A stretch of DNA of 63,227 nucleotides, the filler included, from Chrysochromulina tobinii (Eukaryota): assembly GCA_001275005.1 (NCBI GenBank). It is 5 parts of 5 records of this genome, joined end to end, with 100 filler letters (N's around TTAATTAATTAA, not from the genome) between each part and the next. Parts side by side here need not be neighbours in the genome. Positions count along the whole stretch, not along the records: positions 1 to 24,114 come from JWZX01001376.1; positions 24,215 to 28,218 come from JWZX01001377.1; positions 28,319 to 47,414 come from JWZX01001378.1; 2 more parts are not named here. One strand, 5' to 3'. Shown one piece after another: positions 22,236 to 32,885 of the stretch. The notes under the pieces were generated by a model, which saw only the letters and a program-made list of their open reading frames with translations, ran no database searches and had not been told where the DNA came from. Position 1 is the stretch's first letter, and each line of letters starts with the position of its first letter. Both the position numbers and the translations under genes were made by a program.

Positions 22236-24114
22236 TCAGAGGTGCCCAGGAGGGGCCCACTTGAACTTGCTCTCAGTCTTCTTCTTGGCAATGGTTTGCT
22301 TGTTGATGGCGGCAGGCGCGTTGCTGAATTGGGTGTGGATGATGTGATCAGAAGCAGGCAGCAGCGTCGCACTCATTCTTATCACGGTTGTTTGCATCGA
22401 CTCCACGTAGTGGCGTTGGACAGTTAGGGGCTGCGCGACGCTACGGCCAGCGTCGTTCCACACGAAGTGGTTGAGCAGTGGATCCTTGCCGACCGCAGCG
22501 CTCGCAGGGGCGAGCGTGGGCGTGAGCTTCGGAGTGAGTGTCGGCGCGGCGGGCGCGGGCGCGGGTTTGGGCGCGGGTGGGTAGGCGGGCAGCCACTGTT
22601 TTCTTGCTTTTTGCTTCTTGACACGATGCCCTGCCGCCGCCTCTGCCTCCTCTGCCGACGCTCGCTCCGCCCCCGCTGCCACTTTCTTCTCTTTAATGCG
22701 CCTCGCGTAGTGCAGGGCCGCCTCGATGGCCGTCCGAAAGGTGCCCAGGGAGCGAAGTGAGCCATTCTCCATGAACTTTGCTTGGAACCCCTCGCCGTTC
22801 TTGTACACGCCCTTGTAGCCCGTCACACAGCTCGGCGACGGCACGAGCTCGAGCCCCTCGGCCTCCGCCGCCGCCCGAACCTCATCCGCCGTGAGCGGCA
22901 CCACCACGACATTCGCCGCTGCCACATCCGCCTCTGCCCGCTCCGCCCCAATGTGCCTAGCATAGGACAGGGCCGCCTCGATGGCCGTCCTAAAGGTGCC
23001 CAGGGAGCGAAGTGAGCCATTCTCCCTGACATTTGCTTCGAACCCGCCGTGGCTTTTCTTGTACACGCCCTTGTAGCCCGTCTCACAACTCGCCGACGGC
23101 ACCAGCTGGAGCCCCTCGGCCTCCGCCGCCGCCCGAACCTCATCCGCCGTGAGCGGCACCACCAGGTGCTTCGCCGCTGCCACCTCCGCCTCAGCCCGCT
23201 CCGCCCCAATGTGCCTAGCATAGGACAGGGCCGCCTCGATGGCCGTCCTAAAGGTGCCCAGGGAGCGACGTGAGCCATTCTCCCAGACATTTGCTTGGAA
23301 CCCCCCGCCGTTCTTGTACACGCCCTTGTAGCCCGTCTCATTGCTTGCCGACGGCACCAGCTCGAGGCCCTCGGCCGCCGCCGCCGCCCGAACCTCGTCC
23401 GCCGTGAGCGGCTGCGCGTCCGCCGCCTCAGCCGTCGCTCGCTCCGCCCCAATGTGCCTCGCATAGGACAGGGCCGCCTCCTCCGGCGTCGCGAAGCTGC
23501 CGAGGTGGCGCGACTTGCCATTCTCCTGGACCTGCGCCTTGTACCTGCCGTCGTTCTTGTACACGCCCTTGTAGCCCGTCTCATTGCTTGACGACGGCAC
23601 CAGCTCGAGGCCCTCGGCCGCCGCCGCCGCCCGAGCCTCGTCCGCCGTGAGCGGCTGCGCGTCCGCCGCCTCAGCCGCCGCTCGCTCCGCCCCAATGTGC
23701 CTCGCGTAGCACAAGGCTGCCTCACCCGGCGTCGCGAAGGTGCCGAGGTGGCGCAGCTTGCCATTCTCCCAGACCTGCGCTTGGTACCTGCCGTCGTTCT
23801 TGTACACGCCCTTGTAGCCCGTCTCATTGCTTGACGACGGCACCAGCTCGAGGCCCTCGGCCGCCGCCGCCGCCCGAACCTCGTCCGCCGTGAGCGGCTG
23901 CGCGTCCGCCGCCTCTGCCGCCGCTCGCTCCGCCCCAATGTGCCTCGCATAGGACAGGGCCGCCTCGATGGCCGTCCTAAAGGTGCCCAGGTAGCGACGT
24001 GAGATATTCTCCCAGACCTTTGCTGCGAACCCCCCGCCGTTCTTGTACACGCCCTTGTAGCCCGTCTCATTGCTTGCCGACGGCACCAGCTCGAGGCCCT
24101 CGGCCGCCGCCGCC
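22236..24114 (-). CDS. Tandem AP2/ERF-like DNA-binding repeat protein (at least 6 repeats, 5' truncated by gap)
   Basis: Six ~81-aa (243-nt) units of the form TGYKGVYK.....A.V.ENG..R.LGTF.T..EAAL.YAR. Confidence 0.85.
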
Positions 24115-24214
24115 NNNNNNNNNNNNNNNNNNNNNNNNNNNNNNNNNNNNNNNNNNNNTTAATTAATTAANNNNNNNNNNNNNNNNNNNNNNNNNNNNNN
24201 NNNNNNNNNNNNNN
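24115..24214. other. Assembly linker (N run + TTAATTAATTAA)
   Basis: The same linker occurs four times and has stops in all six frames. Confidence 0.97.
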
Positions 24215-25565
24215 GAGCCGCGGATCCAGCGGCCCGCCACTCACGACAAGCAGTGGAGTGCCTGCTTGACGTGGTTATCAATGGGAGCAGCGAAAAAGGA
24301 GCATATGGGCGCGGTGCCGGGGGCGTGTCGCGACAAAAGGAAAGCCTCAATGGTGGCCTGTCGATCGTGAGCACCCATATGTCCAACGAGAAAGCGACGC
24401 CATGCGGGCGTCTGAGCAGCTTGACTATCTTTTCGGCGATCAGCGCAACCACCGGCGAGATCTCGAGCGAGATCTGGGTGCTCACGAACGCAGGCAAGCG
24501 GTGGCGAAGGCGATTGACTTAAAGGTGGCGAGGGTGAAAGTGGCGTTGGAGGGAGTTTGGGCGGCGGTGGCAAGGATGGCAGCGGCGAGACGGGGGCGGA
24601 GGGGACGACCGATGGCGCGCGGCCTGGGCGGCGGCGAGGGCTGCGCCGAGGGCGGTGGTGGTGAAAGTAGAAGAGGCGGAGGTAGAGGTGGCTAGAACGG
24701 ATGAAGACGACATCAGCGACGGCGAGGGCGGCGGCGGTTTGGGCGGCGGCGAGGGTGGTGTTATCTGTGGCGGAGGTGATGGTGCTGGTGGGCATGGCGG
24801 CGATGAGGGTGGCGGCGGTGGCAGCTTTTAAAAGATGTACTCTGTCGGCAGACGCGCCCATTGACGCGCCCCCCCCAAAGGGAACGCAAAAGAAGTCTCT
24901 CGACGCCACCGCCGCGTGACGACGGCGATGGACGAGAAACGACACTGTTGTGGCACTCGGCAGATTGCCAACCGTGGCGGTGGCGAGGAAGGAAGACGCT
25001 GAGCAGGTCGCACGAAAGGAGCTTCCTCCGCCCAAGATCACAACCCTGGGCACGGCTCGCGCTATGAGAGACGTGATCAGATATGAGTGCAGGTCGGGAA
25101 AGCCTGGCGACGAGCACGTCCCTGCAGCCACGACTCAGACAACTGAAAAAGCTTGTGTCTCCTGCGTGAACGTGGACGCATCCTCGAGCGTCACGAGGGA
25201 GTCTCTCGCCTCCAGCACACCGCATGACACCGCCGAAAGGTTCAGTATTTGAAGCGCGCTAAGGACGCTGGAGGCAGACCGACACCAGTTCCGGTTGCGA
25301 TCGGCGCACCTGTGTGCCTCTGTGCGCAAGTACGGCTGAACGCTGACGGGATCGCTAAGTTCATGGAGCGGTGTGCATGCGTGCTAGAGTCGAGGGCGAC
25401 ATCGCAATTGGCATCGGCGAGAGTTTCGCCCCCGTCACGTACGCGTCCTTTTGAGCGCCCTTTCGTCCAATGAGTTTGCAGACCCAATCATTACGAACCG
25501 GTTTCACACGCCACAACCGACCTTAGCAGACGAACCCTTCACGGAAATTTTGTTTAGCGTGCTGC

Positions 25566-26237
25566 ATGCAAATGACATCGAACCCCCAGGTCGACGTCGC
25601 ATACACGATGCTGGACACGACCGCCGCCACCATCAGCGTCGCGATCAGCTCGGGCGGAGGCCTCTTCCACGCCGAGTACGTCGTCGTCGTCGAGGGCGGG
25701 CTGGCCTGGACCGCCCTCGGCGGCTTCTCGGCCGTGCAGATCAACGTCGACCTGGTGGACTGGGACGCCTTCTTCTACGGCGCGTGGGTAGGCGCGGCCG
25801 TTGACGTCTTCCTCCGCACGGTGAACCCGGCGACACAGCTGGGGGCGGGGCCGACAAAGCAGCGCGTGGATGGCGGCATCACCGCTCCAGGGACGGCGTC
25901 CCTGGACAGTGCCGGCCGCTTATCAGTGCGTTGGCAAAGCGCCCAAGGCGCACAGTGCGTGCTGCTGGTCAAGGTGCCAGCGACCGCAAGGCCCCGCGCT
26001 GCGCGACGTGGCACGCGACGCCGTTTGGATGGCGACGCGCGCCTCCTTCTTTTTGGAGCCATGCTCGCGGTCGAGCTCGAGGCGCAGCGCGCTCGGGTGG
26101 CCGCATGGAGCGCGGCGGCGGCGTTGTCGCGCGCGGTGTGGTGGGCGCCGCACGTGCGACGCGCCCTCGAGGCCCGCGCGCGCTTCGAAGAAGCCGAACA
26201 CCTCGAGATGTGGTGGTGGTGTGTCGCCTTTGGATAA
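25566..26237 (+). CDS. Hypothetical protein
   Basis: 223-aa ATG-initiated ORF with high GC3 codon usage and a beta-rich N-terminal half; no recognisable motif. Confidence 0.45.
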   Translation: MQMTSNPQVDVAYTMLDTTAATISVAISSGGGLFHAEYVVVVEGGLAWTALGGFSAVQINVDLVDWDAFFYGAWVGAAVDVFLRTVNPATQLGAGPTKQRVDGGITAPGTASLDSAGRLSVRWQSAQGAQCVLLVKVPATARPRAARRGTRRRLDGDARLLLFGAMLAVELEAQRARVAAWSAAAALSRAVWWAPHVRRALEARARFEEAEHLEMWWWCVAFG

Positions 26238-26410
26238 ACCACAGCGGCGTGCGGTGTGCGACATCCGGGCGTGCGGCGGAGGAGGCGGCGGCGGCGACGG
26301 CTGACACGACGGCTCCGAGAGTGTACAGTACGTTTTAGTTCAGACATTAGTTCACTCATTTGCGAGTGCCTGCACGTTGGCTAGGAGGAGGCAAGGTGCG
26401 AGGACTCGGG

Positions 26411-27922
26411 TCAGCGGCACCTGCATTCGGACGAGTGTGAATTCGTTGATGAGTGCGGGAGTCCTGCCCAAACCGTCGGTGGCGCCGGTGGCGCCGGTGG
26501 TGCCGGTGGCGTGGTTGTTGGTGGTGGTGGTGGCGTGGCTATTGTTGGTGGTGGTGATGGTAATGACAACGGTGCAGCCACCAGCGGCAGCCGCGGCGAG
26601 GTCTGCGGTCGTCCGTGTGCCAGCTGCTGTCGGACAGCGTGCACCAACGGCAGAGGGGCTGTCAGGTAGACCCCAAGCCCTCCACCACCATCCGGCACAA
26701 CCGTCACATTCGGCGACCGAGAGCGCGCACAGATCCGGCAGCCGATGGCGAGCGTCGTCGGACCTATCGCAAACGGAGCCTCGCCTGACGGGCGTGGCGC
26801 CGAGATTGGCGCCGAGATTGGCGCCGAGATTGGCGCCGAGATTGGCGCCGAGATTGGAGTCGAGATGGGCGCCGCCGCCGACGAGGCTCCAAAAGTCATC
26901 GGGGCTTGCAGCGGGTGCCACCAGCTCGTAAAGTGGACATCGGCTGGCCGGCGCAGCTGCGCAACGGCCTCTTCGCCCTCGATGGCCGCTCGAACGGCGG
27001 CGGCGACGGCGGCCGCTTCGGAAGGCGGCGACGGCAGGGCGGCGAAAACGATACATGTGGCGTTCCCAAAATGATAGGGCGACATCGTAGGGCTGCGCCG
27101 GCGTCCGTCCCGGCTGATTGACGCTGTGCGCACGGCGTGCCCAGCACCGCGCAGCAGCCGAATGACCTCCGCCCATAGGGCGTCGTGGCGCGTCTGCGCC
27201 GAGGCAGCCGTCTTGAGTCGGTGGAGCTGCGCGGCGCTCATGCGCCAGTAGAGGGTGCCGACACCGCCCGCACCGCTTGTGACGGATTCTGCATTTGGCG
27301 GGGGTGCCGCTGCCGCCGAAGAGGGAGACACACGCTCGCCGCGCTCGTCTGTCACCACGAGCGACCGCTGCTCTTGACGCGAGTGGTCCAGCGGCGGCGG
27401 CAGTGGCTCTGCTCCCGTGTACACCGCGGACAGCCGAGAGAGGAGCAGGGACGCGCCGCCCACGTCGCAAAGGGCGTGATCCCACGTCAAGCCCAGCGCC
27501 GTCCAGGATGATGCCGTGGCGATTCGCAACGTGAGGACTTCAAAGCGACCACGCGCATCTGCACGGGGAGTTTCAAAGAGGCAACTCGGCACAGGGTGCA
27601 TGAGGATGGTCGCCTCGGACGCCTGTGCAATGCCTACACGAACGCTGTTTGATGCAACGATATGCGAGCCATCGCGTCGACCTGCTGCGTAGAATGGTAG
27701 CACTGCTTCCAGGGCTTTGAGTAGCTGCCCCACGTCGAGCGCTTTCGGGACGCGCACGAGGAGCTCGAGCCACGCCGGCGAGCGACCCTTGCAAAAAGAC
27801 GCGTCGATGTCGCCGAGGGCATGCAACGCTGACGATGAAGGAGATGAAACTGCACAGCAGTGCTGTGTCGCAGTGATCCGAACCTGAGGAGCAGGTGCGA
27901 GGATGTCGATGCCTTCTTCCAT
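26411..27922 (-). CDS. BAHD/transferase-family CoA-dependent acyltransferase
   Basis: HxxxD motif (WDHALCDVGG), HFGNA and FTSWW...TFG; likely ATG at 27922. Confidence 0.75.
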   Translation of the reverse strand: MEEGIDILAPAPQVRITATQHCCAVSSPSSSALHALGDIDASFCKGRSPAWLELLVRVPKALDVGQLLKALEAVLPFYAAGRRDGSHIVASNSVRVGIAQASEATILMHPVPSCLFETPRADARGRFEVLTLRIATASSWTALGLTWDHALCDVGGASLLLSRLSAVYTGAEPLPPPLDHSRQEQRSLVVTDERGERVSPSSAAAAPPPNAESVTSGAGGVGTLYWRMSAAQLHRLKTAASAQTRHDALWAEVIRLLRGAGHAVRTASISRDGRRRSPTMSPYHFGNATCIVFAALPSPPSEAAAVAAAVRAAIEGEEAVAQLRRPADVHFTSWWHPLQAPMTFGASSAAAPISTPISAPISAPISAPISAPISAPRPSGEAPFAIGPTTLAIGCRICARSRSPNVTVVPDGGGGLGVYLTAPLPLVHAVRQQLAHGRPQTSPRLPLVAAPLSLPSPPPTIATPPPPPTTTPPAPPAPPAPPTVWAGLPHSSTNSHSSECRCR

Positions 27923-28218
27923 CGTCTTCACACGGAAGTTCTGGAGGTTACACGCTCGCATGTGTGCGGAATCTTTTCAGTCTCAATCGACCGAAGTTCC
28001 GGGGCTGAAGTGTTTCGTGCCAGTTGTTTGCAGTCTAATGCATGCATCACGCTCCTTTTGTCAGTTGGCGGTGCAAACTTCCCCTTGTATTGAGTGTTGT
28101 TGGACTTGTTGCGGACGCGCCTCAAGCTCCAAGATGACCGAGCGAACTGCCTTTGTGCCGCGCCGCGCACCTAAGGAACTGCCACAAATGGTGGCAGAAT
28201 TCCGCTTCACGGTCGAAG

Positions 28219-28318
28219 NNNNNNNNNNNNNNNNNNNNNNNNNNNNNNNNNNNNNNNNNNNNTTAATTAATTAANNNNNNNNNNNNNNNNNNNNNNNNNN
28301 NNNNNNNNNNNNNNNNNN
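28219..28318. other. Assembly linker
   Basis: N run with TTAATTAATTAA. Confidence 0.97.
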
Positions 28319-29118
28319 GCCGCCCTCGCCGCCGCCGCCTCCCCGCCTCCGCCCTCGCCTCCTCCTCCTTCGTCGCCTCCATCGCCACCCCTCCATCGCC
28401 TCCGCCTCCGTGCCCCCCCGCCTCCCCCCCGCCGCCCTCGCCCCCACCCGCCCCTCCGAGCGTGACCCTGACGCCCAACATGATCGTGCACAGCACCATG
28501 ACCACCATCGCAGTGAGCGGGATCACCAGCAATGGTAACCACCTCGTCTTCCTACCTTCCGGCTCCCGTAGCTGCGCAGGCGCAGCCTTCGCGCGTGCCA
28601 CGCAGTTGGGCGACACGATCAGCAACGGCGCCATCTCGGTCCAGCTTTCCACCACCGGTCTCTATAAGACCTGCCTCTCAACGCTAGCGAACCCCGCGCT
28701 CGATGAACACTTTGAGTACCTGTCGGCCACGCAGCTGTTTGTCATGAACGGATCTCCACTGCCGCCCTCACCGCCTCCGCCCTCGCCCTCACCACCGCCG
28801 CCGCCCTCGCCGCCTCCGCCATCGCCCCCACCGCCGCCACCCTCGCCTCCACCTGCGCCACCACCAATGACATGCGGCCCTGGCACCTACTCCAACTCTA
28901 TCACCCATCAGTGCGAGATCGCGTGCGGCCCAAGCAACGGCCGGCGCATGGACACGGAGGTGCTGCTCGACACCGCAGTTGACGTGCAGATCCTTGGCGG
29001 CCGGCTGCGCGACGTGAGCAGCTACCTCGAGGAGCATCCGGAGGATTTTGCGAGCATCAAGGACGAGGAGCTCCGCTCACGACTCAGGCAGCTTTTTGGG
29101 CAGCCGGCGCTCGCATAA
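28319..29118 (+). CDS. Pro-rich (extensin-like) extracellular protein, 3' fragment
   Basis: Open frame from near the gap: SPPP tracts around a small beta domain, then CGPGT...CEIAC, stop at 29118. Confidence 0.6.
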
Positions 29119-29135
29119 GGCAAGCGACCGTCGGC

Positions 29136-31532
29136 GTGTTCCATTTGCCTACTCCTGCATCTTCCTCCGCAGCATCGTCGCCTGCACGCGAGCTGCATCC
29201 CAACCTCCGCCGCCTGCAGAGCGGCCTGAGCACGTGCCAGGCGGTGGCGCGTCAGTCATTCTGTCAGCCGCCCAGTGCACCACCATCTCCGTCGCCACAG
29301 CCGCCGTCGCCGCAGCCGCCGTCGCCGTCGCCGCCACCGCCTTCACAACCTCCCTTACCGCCGCCACCATCACCGCCGCCGCCCTCACCGCCACCGTCAC
29401 CACCTCCCTCACCGCCACCGTCACCACCTCCCTCACCACCTCCGCCATCGCCGCCACCAGCTTCGCCATCACCATCACCGCCGCCGCCCTCACCGTCCCC
29501 ACCATCGCCGCCACCGCCATCTCCACCGCCCTCACCACCTCCGCCATCTCCACCACCGCCCTCGCCACCACCGTCATCGCCGCCTCCACCCTCGCCGCCG
29601 CCGCCCTCCCCTCCGCCATCATCACCGCCGCCGCCATCAACACCTCCACCCTCGCCGCCGCCGCCCTCGCCCTCGCCGCCACCGCCCTCGCCGCCGCCAT
29701 CACCGCCGGCGATGAGCGTCGTGAAGTTCACCCTCGAGCTCGCCGGTGACGTTTCCCTTTTTACCCCAAGCGTGCGGGCTGATATGAAGAGCGCAATCGC
29801 GGCGAGGGCAAGTGTCGACCCATCGGCTGTGGAGGTGGCCTTATCGCCGGGCAGCGTCATCGCCGACGTGAGCATCCAGACGCCCACGGCGACGGCAACC
29901 TCGGTTCAGTCGACGATGGCCAGCGCGACGAGCAGCCCGAGCAGCGCGACCGCCATGCTCGCGAGCGTCAATGGCATCTCGATCGCCGTGCTCACAGTCG
30001 TGACGCCGCCTACAATTGCAAACGTCGCACCGCCACCACCGCCACTGCTGATCGGTGCATTGGCAGTGGCAGCTGAGACAAGCGGCTCCATCGATATCAT
30101 CATCGGCGTCGTCGTCGGTGTGATCATCACTGTGGTCCTTTCCCTGGTCTTCATGTGCCGTCGTCGTCGTCTCAACGATAACAAGGCACCAAAGAGCGGA
30201 CAGGCCATGAAAGTGGATGAGAAGGCGACCAAGAGGGCCGAAGCTCAGAAAGCAGAGGCTGAGAGGGACGAGAATCGCGCGAACCCGATCTCCTCGAAGC
30301 GCTCACAGTCATCGCGCTCGAAGCCACCGCGCTCACCACCACCGCCCCCTCCACTACCAGAGGGAAGCGGCACTGAGATGTCGAGCGTGGTAGGAGGCTC
30401 GATGCACGTGGTCAACCTCGTGAGCTGGAAAGAACTGGTTCTGAAAGAAAGACTCGGAGCGGGCAGCTTCGGCGAGGTGCGTGAGGCCATGTACAACTCG
30501 ACCCCATGCGCCATCAAGAGCCTACGGGAGGCGACCAGGCCGGCGGCACTGCAAGAGCTCCTGAATGAGTTTGAGCTCACGATGCGCCTGTACCACCCGA
30601 ATGTGCTCCTCACCATGGGCATCGCACACGACGACGGGAAGACGGGCATTCTGATGGAGCTCATGCCCGCCTCATTGCTGGATGTGCTTCACCACCACCG
30701 GCAGCGCGAGCAGCTCGCCACGTGGGAGGCATCCCTCGTCCTCATCGCCCTCGATGTGGCCAAGGGCATGGCGCACCTACAAGCGAAGGACGTGGTCCAT
30801 CGCGACCTGAAGCCTGGCAACGTGTTACTCACGGAGCACTGGGTCGCCAAGGTGGCTGACTTTGGCACCGCACTCACCAAGTACGCCGGGCAGGCGGAGG
30901 GGGCCACGGGCACGCCGCCCTACATGGCTCCGGAGTTCATTGCGCTCACCTCGGGCGCAAAAGCCAAGCCAACCGACGTGTGGAGCTTTGGGTGCATGCT
31001 CGCACACATGGGGACGCGATCCATACCGTACAGCCATGTGCCACTGCCTTCGAAGGACACTATGCATGCGCTCTTGGCGATCATCGTAAAAGGTCAAGCG
31101 ACCCCGCTCGACCAGCTGCGCAACGTGGCCGGCTGCCCACCCGGTATCCTCGAGCTTGCCACCCGGTGCCTTCAGACCGATCCTGTTCAACGGCCTGCGT
31201 TCCCTTCTATTGTGGACGAACTCCTGCGCCTGAAGAGCAGCGTGCGCGCTTTGCGCCCCTCAACGCAGCTGCGTCGAGCTGATGTCATTAGACAGTCGGG
31301 CGCAGCTGCGGCGGAAACCTTCATCTCGGCGGCCTGCTGCGCACCAACCGATACCTCGGCGACCTCCATCGCTCCAACCTATACCTTGGCAACCTACAGC
31401 GCTCCATTCGCTCCACCCTATAGCTCGGCGACACTGCCGGAGGGCCATGCCACATTGATCGAGGGGTTCATCAGCTCTGCGCGCGCTGCCCTTTTCACTG
31501 TCCAGGCCGATGACAGCCGCGTTGATGCATAA
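29136..31532 (+). CDS. Pro-rich ectodomain receptor-like kinase (TKL group); 5' end unresolved
   Basis: SPPP tract, SEA-like domain, TM IIIGVVVGVIITVVLSLVF+RRRR, then GAGSFG, AIK, HRDLKPGN, DFG, APE, DVWSFG. Confidence 0.85.
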   Translation: MFHLPTPASSSAASSPARELHPNLRRLQSGLSTCQAVARQSFCQPPSAPPSPSPQPPSPQPPSPSPPPPSQPPLPPPPSPPPPSPPPSPPPSPPPSPPPSPPPPSPPPASPSPSPPPPSPSPPSPPPPSPPPSPPPPSPPPPSPPPSSPPPPSPPPPSPPPSSPPPPSTPPPSPPPPSPSPPPPSPPPSPPAMSVVKFTLELAGDVSLFTPSVRADMKSAIAARASVDPSAVEVALSPGSVIADVSIQTPTATATSVQSTMASATSSPSSATAMLASVNGISIAVLTVVTPPTIANVAPPPPPLLIGALAVAAETSGSIDIIIGVVVGVIITVVLSLVFMCRRRRLNDNKAPKSGQAMKVDEKATKRAEAQKAEAERDENRANPISSKRSQSSRSKPPRSPPPPPPLPEGSGTEMSSVVGGSMHVVNLVSWKELVLKERLGAGSFGEVREAMYNSTPCAIKSLREATRPAALQELLNEFELTMRLYHPNVLLTMGIAHDDGKTGILMELMPASLLDVLHHHRQREQLATWEASLVLIALDVAKGMAHLQAKDVVHRDLKPGNVLLTEHWVAKVADFGTALTKYAGQAEGATGTPPYMAPEFIALTSGAKAKPTDVWSFGCMLAHMGTRSIPYSHVPLPSKDTMHALLAIIVKGQATPLDQLRNVAGCPPGILELATRCLQTDPVQRPAFPSIVDELLRLKSSVRALRPSTQLRRADVIRQSGAAAAETFISAACCAPTDTSATSIAPTYTLATYSAPFAPPYSSATLPEGHATLIEGFISSARAALFTVQADDSRVDA

Positions 31533-32885
31533 CATGATGCGTGCATACTCAAGAGTAAGTTGCAAGTTGACCAATATATGGGGATGACCAAGTATTTGTG
31601 AATCTGGAGATCTGGCCGTGAGGTGTGACGTGCGAATTGCGCGAGGTGCTCTGAGCGACAGAGATTGTATCCGGGAAAAGGAATTGCGTAGGGGCGCGTC
31701 GAGGGGCGCGTAAGTCCCTACGGGGCCTGACTGTGGTTAAGACTGTGGTATGAGGTACCACATGGCACGCATCGCGTGAGCCATGGGTATGAACGAGTTA
31801 TGCACGATTGCGAGTAGAGGACGAGTAGAGTGCGTCCGAGGGCCGGCGTGTGACCGTGAGAGGCGTGTCTTGATGAGAGGTGTGAGGATCGAAGTAGCCA
31901 CGCCTTATGATGGTCAGAGTCGTTGTTCATAGTTGTTGATTAGCATGAATACCTCCTGATGACGGTGGGCTAGGCCGCCGCGCGAGTTTCGTTATTGGCG
32001 AAACCGAGTTTCGTCAGCCGTTGACGTCTCGCGCGTGGCTGTGGGCCTCACCGTATGCAACCCCGGGCAGGACCTGTAGTCCCCACGGACACGGTGCAAC
32101 CACCTCGCCTGGCTGGCGTGTGGACCGTGGCGGACGCCTGTCATGCCCGCGGTTACAATCTTGACAAAATCTAGACGCTATCACAGCATGTATATGTACC
32201 CGTACCCCCTATCATGCAACACAGGTGCGGCGAGGAAGGGTGAGGGCGATTGATTGACTGAGGCGAGAGACGCTGGGCTGACTCCATCGAAAGGGCGGAT
32301 GATTCTGATCTACGGTGGCTCTGGTTTCGTCGACTCTTGAAACGGTAAGCGCGAGCGCGGCTTACCGTTCCTCCGAACGCGCAAGACATAGCAGCTGCGG
32401 GGGGGGGGCGGCAGTCGCCAGACGCCACGCGCGCACCAGGAGGTTACGTTGTCGTGTTGTACGTGTTGAGGGTTGAGTTTTCGATTGAATACCATGTCCT
32501 ACTTCGCGGAGGAAGGGTCGAAGGGATTCACCGTAATTCACCGCGCGAGGCAGCGCGAGTAGAGGACTAGAGGTGTTGGCGTAGCGGGAATCAGCCCCCG
32601 CAGGTCTGTGAGTCGTGTGGACAGTCAAGTTGTATTCTTGAACTTGTACGATGTCAGATTTATCATGTGGAAACCCTACTGCGACCTTTAAGATCTAATT
32701 GGTATAGGTCCCCTAGCTAGACCTAGACCGGATGGGCGTTGAGATGGGCGTCGGAGGGGGAGATCGAAGCGGGGGAGATTGGCAGTCGAGACACGTAAGC
32801 ACATACGGTCACGTCATTGCGTAGCTCATGTAAGAATGCCATGAACACTATGTTTAGTGTGCCAGAAAAGTGAGCTGATGGACGT

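Noticed and set aside
24159..24170. TTAATTAATTAA palindrome as a biological site
   Set aside because: Always centred in N runs, so it is an artificial contig linker.
24215..25490. Minus-strand Pro-rich ORF pieces
   Set aside because: Pro tracts switch frames and contain stops; no defensible gene model.
31560..32720. Lower-GC gene-free stretch as a transposon or ncRNA
   Set aside because: No terminal repeats, transposon domain motifs or RNA-gene signature recognisable by eye.
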